From: a virus
Direction: 5' to 3' (one strand)
DNA: 64,000 bases
IMG/VR virus record: IMGVR_UViG_3300025141_016046
Coordinates: 1-64,000 of that record
Made by a program: the position numbers and the translations under genes. Positions 1-9,657 of this stretch are shown here, in pieces (position 1 is the first letter of the stretch; each line of letters begins with the position of its first letter). The notes beneath the pieces are model-generated. The model did no database searches. It had not been told where the DNA came from and worked only from the letters and a program-made list of their open reading frames with translations.

Positions 1-1
1 C

Positions 2-1948
2 TTAGATAACGTCCATATCCATGACTGTAACTGTACCGTAGAAGTCAGCACGAACCATCTTCTTGCCGTATCGGGTCATCACGCCCTTACGGGGTGTGAA
101 GTCTTCCGGCTGGAAGATAGTAGGAGTGACGATCAGCGGTACGTAAGGTGCATATACGTAGCCTGTCTCTAGGTAGCTTCCACCCTTATAACCGACGAGG
201 ACCTTGTTCCGTGGGAAGTATGGATCCTTGTAGACTGTGAAGCGGTTGCTTAGAGAACCGATCTGTGCAGCACCAAGTGAGAATGGAACACCGACCTGTC
301 CGTCGCCGTCGATCTTAAGGGCTGGCTTATAGAGCACTGATGCCTCGAAGATTGTAGCAACGTCCGGGGAGACCACGATGAAGTTAGCGGAACCACGAAG
401 TGTCTTTCTGTGGATCTCATTAGCAACGTCGATGATTGTCTCAACGAGTGTCTCGTACCATTCGCGAACTGTACCAGTGAACTGAGGACCGGAAGCCAAT
501 GAAGAGCTCTTGGTTGCCTCTGCACCTGATTTCTTGTTAACGAACTTACCTGGTAGACGTGACCAGTAGTAGTTAGCACCCTGTGCCTCAACAAGTAGAT
601 CATTCAAGATCTCTCTATCAATTTCAAGTGCAACCTGCTCTGAGAGGATCTGAGTAAGCTCAACCTCAGCGTCAAGGCTGTGGTAGGCGTTCAAGTCCTG
701 AGCGAGTTCTGGTGACCAGCGAGCGCGGAGCTTACGGGTTACCGCTGTAACAGCGATTGACTCGATCTTGATGTCGATTTCTGGGATGATCGGTGATGGT
801 GAGGATGTGCTGAAGTTGGACTCAAACGATGGAATCGTAAGAGCTGCACCGTCAGAACTGTCAACAGTAAGTGTTGGTGAAACAACATATGATGCTGTTA
901 GGTTCAACTGGCTGGCATCAAGTCGTGTAGTGGAATCAACACCTGAAACAACTGTTAGAAGAACACCGTTTGTTGTGTTTCTATCAGCGAAAGGATCAGC
1001 TGAGAAGATACCTGTACTTGAGTTGTATGTACCGATCTGGTTTAGGCGACGAACATTCTTGATGTTGTTACCACCCTGAATTGAATCAGGAATGTTTCCA
1101 ATCTGCATCTCAGATCCAGCAGCAGCGTCGGAAGGCGTGGTTGTCGAGAAGATACCAACTTCCTTTGCCATTGTAAGATCGATGCTTGATGGGAACTTGC
1201 TTAGGTTGAATAGAACGAACTGGAATCTTCCTGTTCCTGCCTGTCCGGGATCTTCCTCAATAAGCTTGGTAAGCTGTGGGTCGAACTGAATAAGCTTTCC
1301 ATCTGTACCTGTAGCAACAATGGCTGTCTTTGCAGTAATTGCATCTGCACTGTTTCCATATGCACCTGAAGCAGCAACTGCTCCAATGTCAAAAACTACT
1401 GACTTGTGAACCTTTGAAAAGCCTGCACCGACGAGGTCATACTGACCACCAACTGCAGTTGATCCTGAACGAACACCCTTTCCTGATGGAAGGTTGTAGA
1501 TTGAAGATCCTGCCTTATATGTCTGTGCGTCAGCTGTTCCAGCTGAGCCATCTGCATTTGATGTATCACCACCGCGACGTGTGCCGTATGTGTAATCCAG
1601 ATAGAATAGCAGTCCTGAAGGAAGGCTCATTGGCTGAATTGAAACAAGCTCATTTGCAACCAGGCCACCGAAAACACGGCGAACGATTGGGAAAGCGATG
1701 TTGGTGAAACCTTGAAGGTCACCTGAAGCTGAACCGGCAGCGTTGCCAGTTCCGACTGAGTTAGCTTCTCTAAGAAGCTGTGCAGCCTGATTTTCCAGAA
1801 GGCTAGCCATGTTCTCCCGATGCTGTCCATCTAGACCTCTGAGAAGACCGGTACGGGACCACTTCTCAATAAGTCTACGATTCTGTGCACCGAGGTGACG
1901 CTGGCGTATACCTTCTGTCAATTGATTTAACGTAAAGGATTTACTCAT
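2..1948 (-). CDS. gp23: Major capsid protein (T4 gp23 family) with a large central insertion
   Basis: gp23 motifs KWSRTGLL, LLENQA, VRRVFGGLVANELVSIQPMSLPSGLLFYLDY, TRKLRARWSPELAQDLNAYHSLDAEVEL, YAPYVPL, FTPRKGVMTRYG; AGGAG RBS upstream. Confidence 0.97.
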   Translation of the reverse strand: MSKSFTLNQLTEGIRQRHLGAQNRRLIEKWSRTGLLRGLDGQHRENMASLLENQAAQLLREANSVGTGNAAGSASGDLQGFTNIAFPIVRRVFGGLVANELVSIQPMSLPSGLLFYLDYTYGTRRGGDTSNADGSAGTADAQTYKAGSSIYNLPSGKGVRSGSTAVGGQYDLVGAGFSKVHKSVVFDIGAVAASGAYGNSADAITAKTAIVATGTDGKLIQFDPQLTKLIEEDPGQAGTGRFQFVLFNLSKFPSSIDLTMAKEVGIFSTTTPSDAAAGSEMQIGNIPDSIQGGNNIKNVRRLNQIGTYNSSTGIFSADPFADRNTTNGVLLTVVSGVDSTTRLDASQLNLTASYVVSPTLTVDSSDGAALTIPSFESNFSTSSPSPIIPEIDIKIESIAVTAVTRKLRARWSPELAQDLNAYHSLDAEVELTQILSEQVALEIDREILNDLLVEAQGANYYWSRLPGKFVNKKSGAEATKSSSLASGPQFTGTVREWYETLVETIIDVANEIHRKTLRGSANFIVVSPDVATIFEASVLYKPALKIDGDGQVGVPFSLGAAQIGSLSNRFTVYKDPYFPRNKVLVGYKGGSYLETGYVYAPYVPLIVTPTIFQPEDFTPRKGVMTRYGKKMVRADFYGTVTVMDMDVI

Positions 1949-1975
1949 CTTAATTTACTCCTAAGTTTGATGAAT

Positions 1976-3478
1976 TTATTTGTTTATTCCCGCGAGCGTT
2001 GCCCATCTACTAACTTCAGCAACCTGACTGCTAGTAGAAGAAGCTTGACGTGTAGCTCGCGATGCGGAACCGAGATTTCTTCGGACCGCTGACTCATTCA
2101 GCGTTCTTCCATTCTTTCGATTCCCGATAGACTCAGCAAGGCTCTTATAAAGAAGCTTTACCTCTCTAAGACTTCGAGCACTATCGAGTGCCTCAATTAT
2201 GGATCGACGCTGCGATGAAGAAACGTCTCTATTCTGAAGCATTTTATTCACATAAAGCAGCTTCGCATTGAATAGATTCATCTCTGTTAATTGCTCACGA
2301 AGTGATACAACTGCACTTCTGTATTCATCGAGCTTAGAGCTCATGGCACGACTATTCCGGCCCTGATTTAAGATAGCTCTACGCAACTTTCGATTCTCTT
2401 TCTTGACGGAGCCGTCTTCTCCGTCCCCTTCTTCTTTTCCTTTTCCATCGTCTTCGTCAGCCTCATTCATGTCATCTGACATGTGATGGCCTTCATCTTC
2501 TGTCTCTGGCATGTGACCGGCTTCGGAAAGACGTCTCATTCTTTTAATTTCTGATCTAAGCATATCGAGATCAACTTCAACTGTTTCTGCAAGATCTTCA
2601 ACACCTGCTCCTGCTTCTTCACCTTCAGCAGGAAGAGGTTCTTCACCTTCTGCTGGTGCAGCTCCCCCGACCTGTGCGGCAATTGCATCTTCTAGTGCTG
2701 CTATTGCATCGTCAATTTCTGGAGGAAGCTCTGGGCCCTCATCAGCAGGTAATTCAGCAGCAGCTGGATCAGCAGCTGGATCGGCACCCGGTTCTGGAGG
2801 CATGTCATCTTGTTCAAAAAGGCTGTAGAGCTCTGAGAGGTCCATATCTGCCTCTTCCTTTTCGCCCTTTTCTTCATCACCTTCAGTGTCTAGCTCTGCC
2901 ATTATCTCACGAAGTGTAGCCTCTTCAGTTTTTTCATCCTTGCTTTCAGAAAGCATGGACGTAATGTCATTGAGATCAATTTCATAAAGAACCTCATTGT
3001 TTCTTGACATCTTAGAATTCTCCTTAATATTAATAGAATTTAATTCCTGTCCTATAACTATTCCATCAGAAGGTAAAGTTCTTGAATCTTCCTTAAGCTT
3101 TCTAGTTATATCTACAAGTTTTTGTTGATGTTTTCTACCTAGCACGCTTGCAGACTCATGAAGAGCATCTAGGACTTTTGTTTTTTGACCAGATTTTGGG
3201 TTAAAAAACTCCATCAGTGTTTCCAGTGCTGTTTCATCTAAAACAACATCTGACTGTTTTGTATTTTTTCTCTCTTTACTTTTCAACCTGGTGTTAGTAA
3301 AAATTTCAGAAATATCATGTGACGATGAATCTTCAGATCCATTAATTAGCTGATCTTCTATAAGCTTTCTAATTTTTGGTGTAACGGATTCAATAATTGC
3401 CTGCTTTGCATTTTTCTCAGCAATTTCTCTAAGTTTTTTAGCGTCAGCAATTGCTTCATCATAAAGTGTATTAGACAT
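1976..3478 (-). CDS. Prohead core/scaffold protein (functional gp22 analogue)
   Basis: Immediately upstream of the capsid gene; acidic Pro/Ala-rich centre; C-terminal coiled coil (LREQLTEMNLFNAKLLYVNK); many L/I-x-E sites; GAGGAG RBS. Confidence 0.75.
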   Translation of the reverse strand: MSNTLYDEAIADAKKLREIAEKNAKQAIIESVTPKIRKLIEDQLINGSEDSSSHDISEIFTNTRLKSKERKNTKQSDVVLDETALETLMEFFNPKSGQKTKVLDALHESASVLGRKHQQKLVDITRKLKEDSRTLPSDGIVIGQELNSINIKENSKMSRNNEVLYEIDLNDITSMLSESKDEKTEEATLREIMAELDTEGDEEKGEKEEADMDLSELYSLFEQDDMPPEPGADPAADPAAAELPADEGPELPPEIDDAIAALEDAIAAQVGGAAPAEGEEPLPAEGEEAGAGVEDLAETVEVDLDMLRSEIKRMRRLSEAGHMPETEDEGHHMSDDMNEADEDDGKGKEEGDGEDGSVKKENRKLRRAILNQGRNSRAMSSKLDEYRSAVVSLREQLTEMNLFNAKLLYVNKMLQNRDVSSSQRRSIIEALDSARSLREVKLLYKSLAESIGNRKNGRTLNESAVRRNLGSASRATRQASSTSSQVAEVSRWATLAGINK

Positions 3479-3499
3479 ACGTTATGCTCCTCAACTAAT

Positions 3500-3507
3500 T
3501 TAATTAT
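3500..3507 (-). promoter_or_regulatory. Candidate late-promoter motif ATAATTAA upstream of the scaffold-capsid genes
   Basis: Matches the ATA(A/T)TTA motif seen before other virion genes; 21 nt upstream of the ATG. Confidence 0.35.
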
Positions 3508-3546
3508 TTCACATCATCATAAACTACAAGGACAATTCAATTTAAG

Positions 3547-4203
3547 TTATACTTTAGATTGTTTTTTTTGCTTTTCAGCTGAAATTCTTGCCCTGGCAAC
3601 AGCTTTATCATCAGGATATAGAATATCTTCTAATGTGTAAGCTGTTATATCTTCTCCAGGATCCTCTTCAACAGAACCTAGATAAAGAGGTGCCCTAGAT
3701 GTCCCATATTGAGTTCCAGTTCTCTTATATGTACCTGGGTTAAATGCTACATTTGTAGAAGATCCGCCAAGAGCTGGTCCGTCAAAGCTTCCATAAAGAG
3801 ATTTTTTAGGTATTGGCGTCATAGTTCCATAAAGACTGTCACCTTTTCTCATAGGAGTGCCAGATTCAGGAATTCTAATTCTCTGATTTGATACAAAAGA
3901 AGCTCTATCTGCCCTTCTAGATGGATCGTTTCTGAATGCTCCTAGATTTACCATTCTTACAAATTTATCTAACGATGCAGAGTCTTCTTCAAATGGTCCA
4001 TCGATATCATCATCATCATCAACTGGAGGGTTAACATATGGATATATGTCTCCTCTTTGATAGGATATATCAAACTTAGGATTAACGGTTCCATATCCTC
4101 CGCCGCTTCTTCCATCGTACGGTGTATATGCTGTAGAGGGAGGGCCTTCTTCATTTAAGGCTAATCTCCTTCTGCGATTTATTCGATTAACCTTGTATTT
4201 CAA
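3547..4203 (-). CDS. Hypothetical Gly/Pro-rich head-module protein
   Basis: 218-aa ORF in the head operon; basic N-terminus ending in LNE. Confidence 0.7.
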   Translation of the reverse strand: MKYKVNRINRRRRLALNEEGPPSTAYTPYDGRSGGGYGTVNPKFDISYQRGDIYPYVNPPVDDDDDIDGPFEEDSASLDKFVRMVNLGAFRNDPSRRADRASFVSNQRIRIPESGTPMRKGDSLYGTMTPIPKKSLYGSFDGPALGGSSTNVAFNPGTYKRTGTQYGTSRAPLYLGSVEEDPGEDITAYTLEDILYPDDKAVARARISAEKQKKQSKV

Positions 4204-4205
4204 AA

Positions 4206-4736
4206 CTACACCTTACCGTCAGAACCCTCGTAAGATCTTCCTGAAATATATGATCCAATGGCCTGACTAGAAATTCCCTTAGACGTGCTAGATGGTTCTG
4301 CAAGGCCTCCTAGCCCTGTACCAAACTCCACACCTGCATCTGGAATCTCTCCAGTATATGCATCTTGATCACTTGCAAATACACTTCCCGGTCCGGGAGA
4401 TGTTGGATTGGGAACATATGCAGAAGCAGGAAGACCTCCCCCACCTGTTTCAACATTTTGCATATTTGGAGAGTTTGAATAGTTTAAATCATACGTTCCA
4501 AATGTGTGACCTGCATCATTGACTACTCCATTAGCTACGCCTGTAGCCTTGTCTCCCTTTCCGCCACCGCCGTTTAATGAAGAAACACCAATATTAAGTA
4601 CTGTTTCTTCATTATAGTCATTGTATAAAGGAGACTTAGAGAACGAAGCCTTAAGATTTACATCGTTTCTACTTCCAAGGCCGCCATCTCCAGATGGTCC
4701 CATGGGTAATACTGTTCCTTGCTTATGAGTTGGCAT
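4206..4736 (-). CDS. Hypothetical Gly/Ser-rich head-module protein (start moved to MPTHKQG)
   Basis: ATG at 4736 lies 1 nt after the upstream gene's stop; low-complexity G/S/N composition. Confidence 0.7.
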   Translation of the reverse strand: MPTHKQGTVLPMGPSGDGGLGSRNDVNLKASFSKSPLYNDYNEETVLNIGVSSLNGGGGKGDKATGVANGVVNDAGHTFGTYDLNYSNSPNMQNVETGGGGLPASAYVPNPTSPGPGSVFASDQDAYTGEIPDAGVEFGTGLGGLAEPSSTSKGISSQAIGSYISGRSYEGSDGKV

Positions 4737-4737
4737 C

Positions 4738-4974
4738 TTACAGATCACTCATAATTTTTTTCTTAACTCTTGCCTTTTCTTTAAGAACTCTTTTAAGCTT
4801 TAATGTCAAACTTGCCTCATGAATCTTAAGTGCCTTAAGATAATCAACGTTCTTTGCAAGTGTATTAGCCATATCCTTGGCATCAACTTCTTCTGCTTCG
4901 ACTTTAAGCTTTGCCTTCTCTTCAAGGACAAGCCTTTTAAGATAGTTCGATGTAAGTTTTTTAACCCTAGCCAT
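4738..4974 (-). CDS. Small basic coiled-coil protein, probable internal head protein (start MARVKKL)
   Basis: AGGAG RBS at 4981-4985 precedes the ATG at 4974; N-terminal KLTSNYLKRLVLEE motif. Confidence 0.7.
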   Translation of the reverse strand: MARVKKLTSNYLKRLVLEEKAKLKVEAEEVDAKDMANTLAKNVDYLKALKIHEASLTLKLKRVLKEKARVKKKIMSDL

Positions 4975-5039
4975 TTCTTTCTCCTGTGCGATGGGCACGT
5001 TACAACTATACATATTATGCACAGTCAAAAATAAACGAG

Positions 5040-5567
5040 CTACTTTCTAGGAGATGACTGAAATGCAAGAGATGCCCATCTGTCTGCTGCACCGGCAAAC
5101 ATCTCCATTGGGTCAGAACTTGCTGCTGCCTTTGCTGCAGTGTCTCCTTGTGTAAGGACAGCTGTCTCATGAGACACGGGCCCAGATCCTGTTTCTGAGC
5201 CGGTTCTTTGCTCTTGAAGTGTAGTTCTTGCTGTATCTTGAAAAATAGAGGATAAAACTGGATCAGAAGTTAGGTTTCTAACTGCATTGTCGACATTTTT
5301 CTCAAATTTTTCATTAATCGGTTTGTCAGTATTTAAGCCATATGAGACTGCATCGAGGCCGGGCCTCCTACGAGAAGAGCCTCCATTGCTTAAAGATCTA
5401 GAAGCTCCGTTTAATGAAGGTGAACTTGATCTCGGTGGTCTTGACACTCTAGATTCTGATATCATCGATCTTGAGCTGTCTCCCTCGCTTAAAATTCCCT
5501 CATTTAGAATTTCAACAAGACACTCTTTTACAACGGACTTTAAAGCGCTTCTTGAAAGCTTAGCCAT
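5040..5567 (-). CDS. Hypothetical head-associated protein
   Basis: N-terminus MAKLSRSALKSVVKECLVEILNE; coupled to the upstream gene by TAATG. Confidence 0.75.
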   Translation of the reverse strand: MAKLSRSALKSVVKECLVEILNEGILSEGDSSRSMISESRVSRPPRSSSPSLNGASRSLSNGGSSRRRPGLDAVSYGLNTDKPINEKFEKNVDNAVRNLTSDPVLSSIFQDTARTTLQEQRTGSETGSGPVSHETAVLTQGDTAAKAAASSDPMEMFAGAADRWASLAFQSSPRK

Positions 5568-6022
5568 TATCCAACTCCCTCGAACAAAGGATAGTTTACA
5601 CCTGTCTGGCTGCCAGACATAGTACCTGTTAGAACAGGAAACTGACCGGAGTCAACGCCAGAAAGACCGGCAGTAATGCTAAATGCTGTTTTGGAATACT
5701 CGGATCTCACAAATAGTGTCTTACATCTTATCTCAAGACGAGGAGAGGATCCAGAAGCAGAAACTAGAAAATAATTACTAACCTCTCCCTGGCCCTTGGC
5801 ATTGACACCATTTAAAGTAAATCCAACACGCATTGGAACGGGTCCATGATTTTCAACAAAAAAGAATCTAGTTGCATATGGAAAATCTATCCGTTGCGGT
5901 GTTGTAGTAAGAGATCCTTCAGCTCCAAGATTTTGAAGTGATGAAGTTACAAAGGGAACACCTGAAACTTGATAAGCAGGAACAAAGTTAGCTCCTGCAC
6001 CTTTTGGCCAATGTTGAGCCAT
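5567..6022 (-). CDS. Hypothetical beta-rich virion protein (possible capsid decoration protein)
   Basis: 151 aa, beta-strand pattern, SGS/SAS motifs, located in the head operon. Confidence 0.6.
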   Translation of the reverse strand: MAQHWPKGAGANFVPAYQVSGVPFVTSSLQNLGAEGSLTTTPQRIDFPYATRFFFVENHGPVPMRVGFTLNGVNAKGQGEVSNYFLVSASGSSPRLEIRCKTLFVRSEYSKTAFSITAGLSGVDSGQFPVLTGTMSGSQTGVNYPLFEGVG

Positions 6023-6642
6023 TATTCACCTTCCCATGAAAGTATTTCATTAAATATTCTATCAACCCTGTCACTCTTAGTAAAAATCTTATCTAGGTCA
6101 TCTCTTTTTACTTCTCTACTTTCATTCATCATAAATGCACCAGGTGTAGATGGTTCAGAAACCATGTCAAAGCATATTAGTTGAAAATCATCCTGGACTA
6201 TTTGTGTATCTCCCTGGCGTTTTGTTGTACCAACACCCCTTGAAGATATTCCTAATGTTACACCGGACTCGACTAAGCTTTTAAGAATCTTACCGCTAGG
6301 TGTATCAAGCAACTCAACAGCACCGTAGCATACATCATCTTGCATATATGCCTCCCTAACAATATGAGATGCATTCTTTAGCTCTACTACAGATGAGTCT
6401 GGGTGATCACATTCCCCCAGAGCTCTATTTTCTCTTATAAACTTTTGATAGTTTCTTATTTCTCTTTCTAAGATAGATTTTGGATAGATTCTTCCATTCT
6501 GATTTAAGGTGTCAGATTTTTGAAGAACACCCTTGAGAACAATCTTTCCTCCATTTCGCTGCATATCCTCTTTGAGCGTGTCAGCGTCAATTTTGAGAGG
6601 AAGCCACTCTGTTAAAAGTTTTAGCTTATCATCACTGCTCAT
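6022..6642 (-). CDS. gp21: Prohead maturation protease (T4 gp21 family)
   Basis: NQNGRIYPKSIL, ALGECDHP, ASHIV, LDTPSGKILK, LGISSRGVG, FDMVSEPSTPGA motifs. Confidence 0.95.
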   Translation of the reverse strand: MSSDDKLKLLTEWLPLKIDADTLKEDMQRNGGKIVLKGVLQKSDTLNQNGRIYPKSILEREIRNYQKFIRENRALGECDHPDSSVVELKNASHIVREAYMQDDVCYGAVELLDTPSGKILKSLVESGVTLGISSRGVGTTKRQGDTQIVQDDFQLICFDMVSEPSTPGAFMMNESREVKRDDLDKIFTKSDRVDRIFNEILSWEGE

Positions 6643-7487
6643 TATTCCTCCATTAGTTCGTGCTTGAGCTTAGACACTAAAAGAAATTTAGATATTGTAG
6701 TGTCATTAATCTCATTTGAATTTGTCTCTTGAATATTTTTTCTAACATCAGATATCTTTTCTAAAATAATATCACTTTGAGCAGTTGTCTTTAGATTATC
6801 AATTTGACAAACTGTAGTCTCTTTTATCATATCTAGCATTTTTCTTATTGACTTGCCGTCATCATTGCTTATTGAAAAAACATATGTTTTAATAATTTCT
6901 TTCTGCTCTTCATTTAGTCTGTCATTATACTTTTTATTAAATTTTTCAGTCAATATCTTAACAACTAAATTATCAACATTTGAGTTAGGTTTATCTTCTT
7001 GAGGGTTGGTATCTTTCTCTTTAAGCAGATTTTCAACTATTCTTGACTCATATACAGCAACCTTTGAGAGGTTTGATAAGTCACCTCGTCTCCACTCATT
7101 AAGCAATGTTTGAATTGTGGCATACATCGTGTAATCTGGAACTCTTCTATGGTAAAACTGATCATCATCAATATTGTAGTTAATTTCTTTAATTAGATAA
7201 GATTTCTCTCTATCTAGCTCTGAGTAGTTTCGTCTTTTTGAAGCATTTTTTGCTTCTGTGAGTATTGCAGCTGCAACAGCAGTTGAGCTAACAGTAGACT
7301 TGGCAAGTGCATTAAATAGTCTAAATTCCTTATAAAGCTCTGTGCTTTCATTAAAATACTTTTCAACAATGTTTAATGCAACTTGTGCTTCATCGTTTTT
7401 TGACTCAATAAGCTTATCAGAGACATGTCTCAAGAGAAGTTCATATATTATTCCAACATTTCTTTTTTTATTGTGAGAATTTTTCAT
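6642..7487 (-). CDS. Hypothetical helical head-module protein between portal and protease
   Basis: 281-aa ORF coupled to the protease gene by TAATG; N-terminal HNKKRNVGIIYELL. Confidence 0.75.
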   Translation of the reverse strand: MKNSHNKKRNVGIIYELLLRHVSDKLIESKNDEAQVALNIVEKYFNESTELYKEFRLFNALAKSTVSSTAVAAAILTEAKNASKRRNYSELDREKSYLIKEINYNIDDDQFYHRRVPDYTMYATIQTLLNEWRRGDLSNLSKVAVYESRIVENLLKEKDTNPQEDKPNSNVDNLVVKILTEKFNKKYNDRLNEEQKEIIKTYVFSISNDDGKSIRKMLDMIKETTVCQIDNLKTTAQSDIILEKISDVRKNIQETNSNEINDTTISKFLLVSKLKHELMEE

Positions 7488-7488
7488 T

Positions 7489-9612
7489 CTATGCTAACTC
7501 TTCGTCCTCATCTTTGGCTTCACCAAGAATTTGACTGTTACTAATATTTATTCTACTCTCAAGTGATTTCAAAGTTGATCTTAAATCTGATGTCATCTTT
7601 GCTTGATATTGTGACTTTTCATTAAAGAAATTCTCAAAAAATGACTCTTCGTCTATTTCAAGTGATTCCTCTGATTCTGCTAAGGGATTTGGGTTCAAGA
7701 GCCCTTTGAGATCTCTTCCAAGAGTTTTTGTACCATACGGATCTCCAAAGTTAGACCCCTTGCTTCGATCTATTCCTGTACCGCCCATTGGGTCTGGAAA
7801 CATGCCTCTATCACCCATTGCTGTGACAGCATTTTTTACCCTTCTCCTTCTGTTTCTTTTTTCTCTTTCGACAGGTGTGTAGTCACAGCCCTCATCAGCA
7901 TCCTTTTTATCATCCCCTGACTCTTTCTTGTCATCATCATTGTCATCTCTTCCATCTTCAGAGATTAGAGAAGAATATTTTTTAATTTTATTTTGAGCTC
8001 TAATTGGAGCTGATTCGTCATCTAGCCTAAACTTAACAACGTTGTCACTATCTACATCACTTTCATCAAGATCTGTTTGAGGCTGAGGAGAAGAAGATCC
8101 AATAAGAACAGGAAGCCCTCTTGTGTTCATATCATCAGATGCCATTTCTTCTTCTGGACCCTCGCCGCCCGCATCTTCATCACCGCCTTCACCACCTTCA
8201 CCGCCAGACTCAGGAAGCTTTGCTTCTTCAATTTGAAGATCTATAAGCTTATCCTCCATCTTTCCTTTTTCTATCTCGTCTATTTGCTTATCAGTTAGCC
8301 CAAGAATTGTCTTTCTTAAAAAGTTTCTATCAACCATTCCTTCAGGTGCATTTCCTGCTATCTCAAACCTAGATCTAAAAAGCTCGAGTTTCTGCTGTTG
8401 TGCAACTGTAGATGGATTAGAAAGGCTTAGACTAAAATCTAAAAGATCTTCACCCTCGAACCCAAAAGTATAAAGATGAATTATTGCGACTTTGTTTAGT
8501 TCAGAAATTATTGTTCTCTGAATTTTATTAATTGCACGGGAGAATCTTATGTCTTCCTGTGCAAGTGTGGCTTTTGCGCCTAGTCCTTCATCATAGCCAA
8601 GATAGGCTTTTGGAATCTTAAGCGCTGCAAAAAGCTTCTTTTGAATATACTGAACATCTTCAATTGCAGTAGCATTTTGACCACCTGCTAGGGTGTCAAT
8701 AGTTGTGCCTGACTCAGAGCCACGGACAGGAAGATAGTAATCCTCATCAACTGAAAGTGGGTTATATCTCAGGTCAACTCTTCCCGTGTTCTTATCAACA
8801 ACCTGTGCCCTCTTTAATGTTGACTGAACCTGCTCCATATAATTTGGAATATCTTCTGGCGGGACATTTCCTACGTCTATTTTAAAAACTCTTCTCTCTG
8901 GAGATCTAACAACACGATAGACTAGCATTGCGTCTTCCACAAGAATTAACTGTCTCCATATTCTTCTAGCTGATTCAAGAACAGAAGATCCGTATGGAAG
9001 AAATGCATCATTTCCAAGAAGCCTAAAGTGAGTTACTTGCCAATTTTCTAAAACTTGGTTGCCTTGTGTTACCCATCTGTATCTAACAGCCATTGGATCT
9101 TGTGGGTCGAAACCCTCTTCTCTTTCTATCTCATTGACTGGAATTGGCAAGACGTTTATGACACCATGCTCTGGGCTTAAATCGTTAAAAAGAAAAAAGT
9201 CTCCGTACTTACAGAGATTTCTTACCCAAGATGTTAGATTAAATTCAATATTAATCGTGTCAAGAAAAAGATCTTCAAGAAGCTGCTTAATTTTAGGATT
9301 TTCTGAATGTATGTGTAGACAGTGTCCATTTTCATCAGTAGCGGCAGACTCTTCAGCGTATACATCCAGAGCACTTGCTATTTCAGGTGTATACTCCATC
9401 TCGCTGAAATCAGAATATCTAGCCATTCTGTCATATGTTCCATATGCACTCATCGCAGTGCTATAGACGTGGCTTTGAGTCTTTCCAAATACGTCAAACG
9501 CAGAAGAAGGGCTGTCACCTCTAGTTGCCTTAATTCTTCTCTTTACAACCGGTCCGCTTCTAAATAGCTTTGTCAGCCTTCTAAAGAGACCTTCTCTATT
9601 ACTTTCTGCCAT
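7489..9612 (-). CDS. gp20: Portal protein (T4 gp20 family) with long C-terminal extension
   Basis: EDAMLVYRVVRSPERRVFKIDVGNVP, EDYYLPVRG, IDTLAGGQN, DVQYIQKKLFAALKIPK, EDIRFSR motifs. Confidence 0.95.
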   Translation of the reverse strand: MAESNREGLFRRLTKLFRSGPVVKRRIKATRGDSPSSAFDVFGKTQSHVYSTAMSAYGTYDRMARYSDFSEMEYTPEIASALDVYAEESAATDENGHCLHIHSENPKIKQLLEDLFLDTINIEFNLTSWVRNLCKYGDFFLFNDLSPEHGVINVLPIPVNEIEREEGFDPQDPMAVRYRWVTQGNQVLENWQVTHFRLLGNDAFLPYGSSVLESARRIWRQLILVEDAMLVYRVVRSPERRVFKIDVGNVPPEDIPNYMEQVQSTLKRAQVVDKNTGRVDLRYNPLSVDEDYYLPVRGSESGTTIDTLAGGQNATAIEDVQYIQKKLFAALKIPKAYLGYDEGLGAKATLAQEDIRFSRAINKIQRTIISELNKVAIIHLYTFGFEGEDLLDFSLSLSNPSTVAQQQKLELFRSRFEIAGNAPEGMVDRNFLRKTILGLTDKQIDEIEKGKMEDKLIDLQIEEAKLPESGGEGGEGGDEDAGGEGPEEEMASDDMNTRGLPVLIGSSSPQPQTDLDESDVDSDNVVKFRLDDESAPIRAQNKIKKYSSLISEDGRDDNDDDKKESGDDKKDADEGCDYTPVEREKRNRRRRVKNAVTAMGDRGMFPDPMGGTGIDRSKGSNFGDPYGTKTLGRDLKGLLNPNPLAESEESLEIDEESFFENFFNEKSQYQAKMTSDLRSTLKSLESRINISNSQILGEAKDEDEELA

Positions 9613-9657
9613 GAATATCTCCAGATCAAATATACTATAATAGTCGATCTACATAAA

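Noticed and set aside
2744-2790. Short GCAGCTGGATCA-type repeats in the scaffold gene
   Set aside because: They simply encode the low-complexity ADPAADPAAA linker; not an array or regulatory repeat.
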